DNA from: Candidatus Saccharimonadota bacterium
Lineage (GTDB): Bacteria > Pseudomonadota > Alphaproteobacteria > Rickettsiales > Anaplasmataceae
DNA: 32,000 nucleotides
Assembly (NCBI RefSeq): GCF_025021925.1
Contig: NZ_CP092368.1
Location: forward strand, 180,001 to 212,000
Direction: 5' to 3'
Part shown: piece by piece, positions 28,437-32,000 of the stretch
How positions within the stretch are numbered: position 1 is the stretch's first letter
How the letters are laid out: each line of letters starts with the position of its first letter
Translations under genes and position numbers: made by a program
The notes under the pieces: generated by a model
What the model was told of the DNA's origin: nothing
The model's database searches: none
Seen by the model: the letters and a program-made list of their open reading frames with translations, nothing else

Positions 28437-29330
28437 ATGTTTACTTCAATAAAAACTGTATATGGTGATAATACTACTAATATCTTACAATACATGACTA
28501 AGGTAAAAAAGTTTCCTCTGTTATCTCAAGCAGAAGAAATAGAATTATCAATAAATTGGCATCAATATCATGATGTAGAATCTGCACATACATTAATTAC
28601 TAGTCATTTAAATTTAGTAGTAAAAATTGCAATGAAATTCAAGAATTATGGTCTTTTATTGATGGATCTAATTATGGAAGGAAATATAGGTCTTATGCAT
28701 GCAGTAAAAAAATTTAATCCTCACTTAGGATTTAGATTTTCTACTTATGCTGTGTGGTGGATCAAAGCATCAATAAAAGACTTTATATTAAAATCCTGGT
28801 CATTTGTAAAGATAGGTACAACACAAGCACAAAGAAGATTATTTTTTAGTTTACGAAAAACTAAAAAAAGAATTTTACAATGTAGTAATAGAGAAGTTTT
28901 AAATAATGAAGAAATTAAAGCTATTTCTAATGAACTTGCTGTTTCTGAAATGGAAATTATTCAAATGAATCAACGATTTGCTTTAAGAGATCAATCACTC
29001 AATGAAGCAATAAAAATAGATGATGACTCTAAAAGACAATTGCAAGACATCATCTCATGTAATACTGAAAATCAAGAGATGAATTACCAATATCATGAAG
29101 AAAAAGAGATTAAAGAGAGAATGCTAAAAGATGCCTTAGATACTTTAAATGAAAGAACTAGAGACATTTTTATTAGTAGATTTTTATCTGAACATCCAAA
29201 AACTCTAGATGATTTGAGCAAAAAATATTGTGTATCAAGAGAAAGAATTAGACAATTAGCAGAACAAGCGATGTGTAAAGTAAAGCAATATATCCAATCT
29301 ACAAGAGCTCACTTTCATTTACAGATATAG
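28437..29330 (+). CDS. rpoH: RNA polymerase sigma-32 (heat-shock sigma factor RpoH)
   Basis: 297 aa. Sigma70 regions 2-4 (EGNIGLMHAVKKF.P..GFRFSTYAVWWIKA) and an RpoH-box-like QAQRRLFFSLRK. GAGGA 6 nt upstream, with a TATAAT at 28390-28395. Confidence 0.9.
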   Translation: MFTSIKTVYGDNTTNILQYMTKVKKFPLLSQAEEIELSINWHQYHDVESAHTLITSHLNLVVKIAMKFKNYGLLLMDLIMEGNIGLMHAVKKFNPHLGFRFSTYAVWWIKASIKDFILKSWSFVKIGTTQAQRRLFFSLRKTKKRILQCSNREVLNNEEIKAISNELAVSEMEIIQMNQRFALRDQSLNEAIKIDDDSKRQLQDIISCNTENQEMNYQYHEEKEIKERMLKDALDTLNERTRDIFISRFLSEHPKTLDDLSKKYCVSRERIRQLAEQAMCKVKQYIQSTRAHFHLQI

Positions 29331-29356
29331 ATATATATTATAAATATATCTATATC
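29324..29356 (+). terminator. 13-bp perfect inverted repeat overlapping the rpoH stop codon
   Basis: GATATAGATATAT-attataa-ATATATCTATATC. The rpoH TAG (29328-29330) lies inside the left arm. It is AU-rich and no immediate U-tract follows. Confidence 0.4.
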
Positions 29357-29530
29357 ATGAATGCTTTTTGTGTCATTGCTTATTCAAACGAAATATTTTT
29401 TTATTATGACTAATCATGATTCTTTGAGACTTGAGAGAATAATTTAAACAATGATATTAAAAGTTATATTCTATATTATATAGTATATAATCTCATCACC
29501 ATATTGGTCACTTTATGCATTACTCGAAAT

Positions 29531-30628
29531 ATGAATTTTAGTGTCAGACGAGATAGTCTGCTGAATATTCTCTCTAGAATCAGTGGTGTTGTTGATAAAA
29601 ATAACTCAAAAGAGATTATCTCTTATCTTAATATTAGCACTCAAGAGAACAGTATCAAGTTCATGGCGACTGATCTTGATATTGCAATATTTGCTTCATT
29701 AGATGCCACTATATTACAATCAGGAGAAGTAAAAATATCAGTATATACTTTACATAGTATAGTAAAAAAGTTATCAGGTGAATTAATAGTCACTTTTACA
29801 TTCACAGATCAAGGTAAGTTACTGATTTCTTGTGGTAATTCATACTTTTCATTACCGAATTTAATCTCTAATCATTATCCCTCTCTTGAAGAGGATAATT
29901 TTAAATTTCAATTTTCTATACTAAAAACAGCTCTAATAGATTTATTAAATAAAACTAAATTTGCTATTTCATTAGATGACACGCGATATAATCTAAATGG
30001 CATATATCTACATACGGATCATCAATTTTTATATAGCGTTGCAACTGATGGTCATCGTTTATCTTGTATAAAAACGATTAAGCCCAAAAATATTAATAGT
30101 AATTTTGGTGTCATAATTCCACGTAAGACTGTCCTAGAACTCTTAAAAATATCAAATGACTGTAACGATATTCACATAAAACTCTCAGAAAGAAAAATCC
30201 TATTCATATGTAATAAATATATTTTGATATCAAAATTGATTGATGGTCACTTTCCAAATTATATATCTTTCATACATATAAATCATGATAAACATGTTGT
30301 TATTGATAGCAATACTCTTTCAGATGTGATAGAGCGAGTTTCAGTGATTCTATATGACAAAGTCAAAGCTATTACACTCTCCTTACAATTCAATCTATTA
30401 ACATTGTATGCTCAAACTCAAGATAGTAGTGATTCACGAGAATCTATACCTATAGACTATAATAATTTACCCATAAAAATAGGATTAAATGCACGATATT
30501 TACTTGATGCTCTATCATGTATTAATAATAAGTGTAAAATTCAGTTTACTGATGATACACATCCTATCATCATTACTGATGAAGATGATTCGCATGCTTT
30601 ATATATAATCATGCCAATGAGAATATAA
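29531..30628 (+). CDS. dnaN: DNA polymerase III subunit beta (sliding clamp)
   Basis: The ORF-track start is TTG 29504. ATG 29531 gives the canonical N-terminus MNFSVRRDSLLNILSRISGVV (compare E. coli MKFTVEREHLL). The size and the three-domain clamp pattern fit (RYNLNGIYL, ATDGHRLS). Confidence 0.9.
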   Translation: MNFSVRRDSLLNILSRISGVVDKNNSKEIISYLNISTQENSIKFMATDLDIAIFASLDATILQSGEVKISVYTLHSIVKKLSGELIVTFTFTDQGKLLISCGNSYFSLPNLISNHYPSLEEDNFKFQFSILKTALIDLLNKTKFAISLDDTRYNLNGIYLHTDHQFLYSVATDGHRLSCIKTIKPKNINSNFGVIIPRKTVLELLKISNDCNDIHIKLSERKILFICNKYILISKLIDGHFPNYISFIHINHDKHVVIDSNTLSDVIERVSVILYDKVKAITLSLQFNLLTLYAQTQDSSDSRESIPIDYNNLPIKIGLNARYLLDALSCINNKCKIQFTDDTHPIIITDEDDSHALYIIMPMRI

Positions 30629-30700
30629 AGATATTGATGTTTTGTTATATTGTATATCCTTAATATATTAGGCTTATAGATATCATATTATATTTTATAT

Positions 30701-30720
30701 ACTTTTTTTATGTAAAAAGT
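30701..30720. terminator. AU-rich hairpin between convergent dnaN and ftsY
   Basis: ACTTTTT-ttatgt-AAAAAGT, a 7-bp stem in the 167-bp convergent spacer. Weak. Confidence 0.25.
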
Positions 30721-30795
30721 CCTGTGATCAAGTCGATAAGTCAGGATGCATTGAATTTAACAGTTTAAATATAAAATCATTCTGTGATAATAATA

Positions 30796-31710
30796 TCAGT
30801 CATAATAATTAAATAATGCTTTAATAAATTCTATGCTAGTACATTCTCTGATATCTTCTATACTTTCGCCAGTACCTACAGCATATAGCTTAATTTTATA
30901 GGATGAGATTAAACCCACTATTACACCTCCTTTTGCAGTACCATCTACCTTTGTAACAATTATTCCTGTCACATTAACTATTTTATTAAATGCTTCTAAT
31001 TGATGGTATGCATTTTGTCCTGTAGTTGCATCAAGGACTAAAATTACATCATGTGGAGCACTATTTTCTACTTTCTTAATAGTATTATAAAGTTTTGATA
31101 ATTCTGCCATTAAATTTATATTGTTTTGTATTCTCCCTGCAGTATCAATTAACACAACATCAGTATGATTATGTATTGCTTGACGGATCGCCTTATATGC
31201 TAAACTTGCAGGATCAGAACCATGCTTGCTAGTCAAGATACTACAATTAGAGCGCTCTGCCCAAATAGTAAGCTGCTCATTCGCAGCATGTCTAAAGGTA
31301 TCACAAGCAACAAGCATGACTGATTTACCAATTTTCTTATATTTATTCGCTAATTTACCTATTGTAGTCGTTTTACCATTTCCATTTACTCCACAAAACA
31401 TCATGATATGTGGTTTTTTATTCATTCTTATTGGATGTACAGCATCTTTTATTATCATATCTATTTCATAGATTAACTGCCGCATAATCACATCATGTGT
31501 AGCGTCTTTATTAAAAGTATAATGTGCTAGATTACTAGTAATCAATTTAGAAGTTTTATAACCAATATCCATACTAATCAGTAAATCCTCTAAATTATCT
31601 AGAATAACTTGATCTATTATCTTTTTATTAGAAAGAATCCTTTTGATTCCAGAACTAAAAAAAGAAGAAGTTTTTAATAATCCTTTATAAAGGTGGAGAA
31701 GAGTGCTCAC
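30796..31710 (-). CDS. ftsY: signal recognition particle receptor FtsY (short form lacking the acidic A domain)
   Basis: 304 aa with a GTG start. NG-domain GTPase motifs GVNGNGKTTTIGKLA, DTAGR and TKVDGTAKGG. Confidence 0.9.
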   Translation of the reverse strand: MSTLLHLYKGLLKTSSFFSSGIKRILSNKKIIDQVILDNLEDLLISMDIGYKTSKLITSNLAHYTFNKDATHDVIMRQLIYEIDMIIKDAVHPIRMNKKPHIMMFCGVNGNGKTTTIGKLANKYKKIGKSVMLVACDTFRHAANEQLTIWAERSNCSILTSKHGSDPASLAYKAIRQAIHNHTDVVLIDTAGRIQNNINLMAELSKLYNTIKKVENSAPHDVILVLDATTGQNAYHQLEAFNKIVNVTGIIVTKVDGTAKGGVIVGLISSYKIKLYAVGTGESIEDIRECTSIEFIKALFNYYD

Positions 31711-31905
31711 GTGATACCTCGATTTAAAAATAAACTTACTGCGATATTAAAAAAATCATTTGCTATATAAAATTACATATAGAGATTACTTTTTAAAATC
31801 ATGTGATATAAAAATAATACTCTTTTAAGAATTATATTTACTTAATTACTTTAATATAATCTAGCAATATGTTACCATCTGGAATTAGAGTTTCTAGGTA
31901 ATATT

Positions 31906-32000
31906 ATGAGTTATAATAAAAAAATTCTAGATCACTATGAAAACCCAAGAAATGTTGGTTCTTTAGATAAAAAAGATCCAAATGTTGGAACCGGTCTAGT
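31906..32000 (+). CDS. iscU: Fe-S cluster assembly scaffold IscU (5' partial, runs off the window)
   Basis: The ATG at 31906 opens MSYNKKILDHYENPRNVGSLDKKDPNVGTGL, collinear with E. coli IscU MAYSEKVIDHYENPRNVGSFDNNDENVGSGM. Only 31 codons are visible. Confidence 0.7.
   Translation, partial: MSYNKKILDHYENPRNVGSLDKKDPNVGTGL

Noticed and set aside
31711-32000. iscU starting with no iscS visible upstream (divergent ftsY instead) as a rearranged isc operon
   Set aside because: Only 31 codons are visible and the rest of the locus lies outside the window. iscS could be downstream or elsewhere, so nothing can be concluded here.

Overview
This is a strongly AT-rich, gene-dense housekeeping block. 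It looks like chromosome from an obligate-intracellular alphaproteobacterium of the Rickettsiales/Anaplasmataceae type, possibly Ehrlichia-like. That placement is inferred from the AT-richness, a nuoABC fragment detached from the rest of complex I, a lone virB9, a WSP/Msp4/OMP-1-family outer-membrane gene and a short-type psd-pssA pair. It cannot be confirmed without a database search.

I call 32 complete protein genes plus one partial gene, in window order: rpsO, pnp, rpe, HIT, nuoA, nuoB, nuoC, mdh, tatD, rsfS, tyrS, ruvA, ruvB, acpP, fabF, virB9, truA, recA, psd, pssA, two tandem alanine/glycine:cation symporters, plsY, a CDF transporter, a RatA/COQ10-like protein, a DsbA-like protein, dnaX, ybaB, the OMP, rpoH, dnaN, ftsY, and the 5' end of iscU. 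I also call three tRNAs (Arg-TCT, initiator Met-CAT, Val-GAC) and one SRP/4.5S RNA gene that the ORF track cannot show.

Five ORF-track starts (pnp, psd, second symporter, dnaX, dnaN) are probably too far upstream and are corrected. All genes look intact.

I see no transposase, integrase, phage gene, CRISPR array, credible toxin-antitoxin pair or defence-type cluster. I therefore do not think the window holds a discrete novel multi-gene system and will not invent one.

The points worth a second look are small in scale:
- the SRP RNA overlapped by the extended dnaX ORF;
- a tRNA-Val carrying C at the near-invariant U33 and U55 positions;
- an initiator tRNA with an AU/GC/GC anticodon stem;
- an 824-bp ORF-free spacer, with a structured and less AT-rich 3' end, upstream of the ratA-like gene;
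- dense palindromes in the tatD-rsfS spacer;
- hairpins flanking rpoH;
- an A8 run in dnaX followed by an immediate -1-frame stop.

By my coordinates roughly 5 kb of the 32 kb is non-coding.
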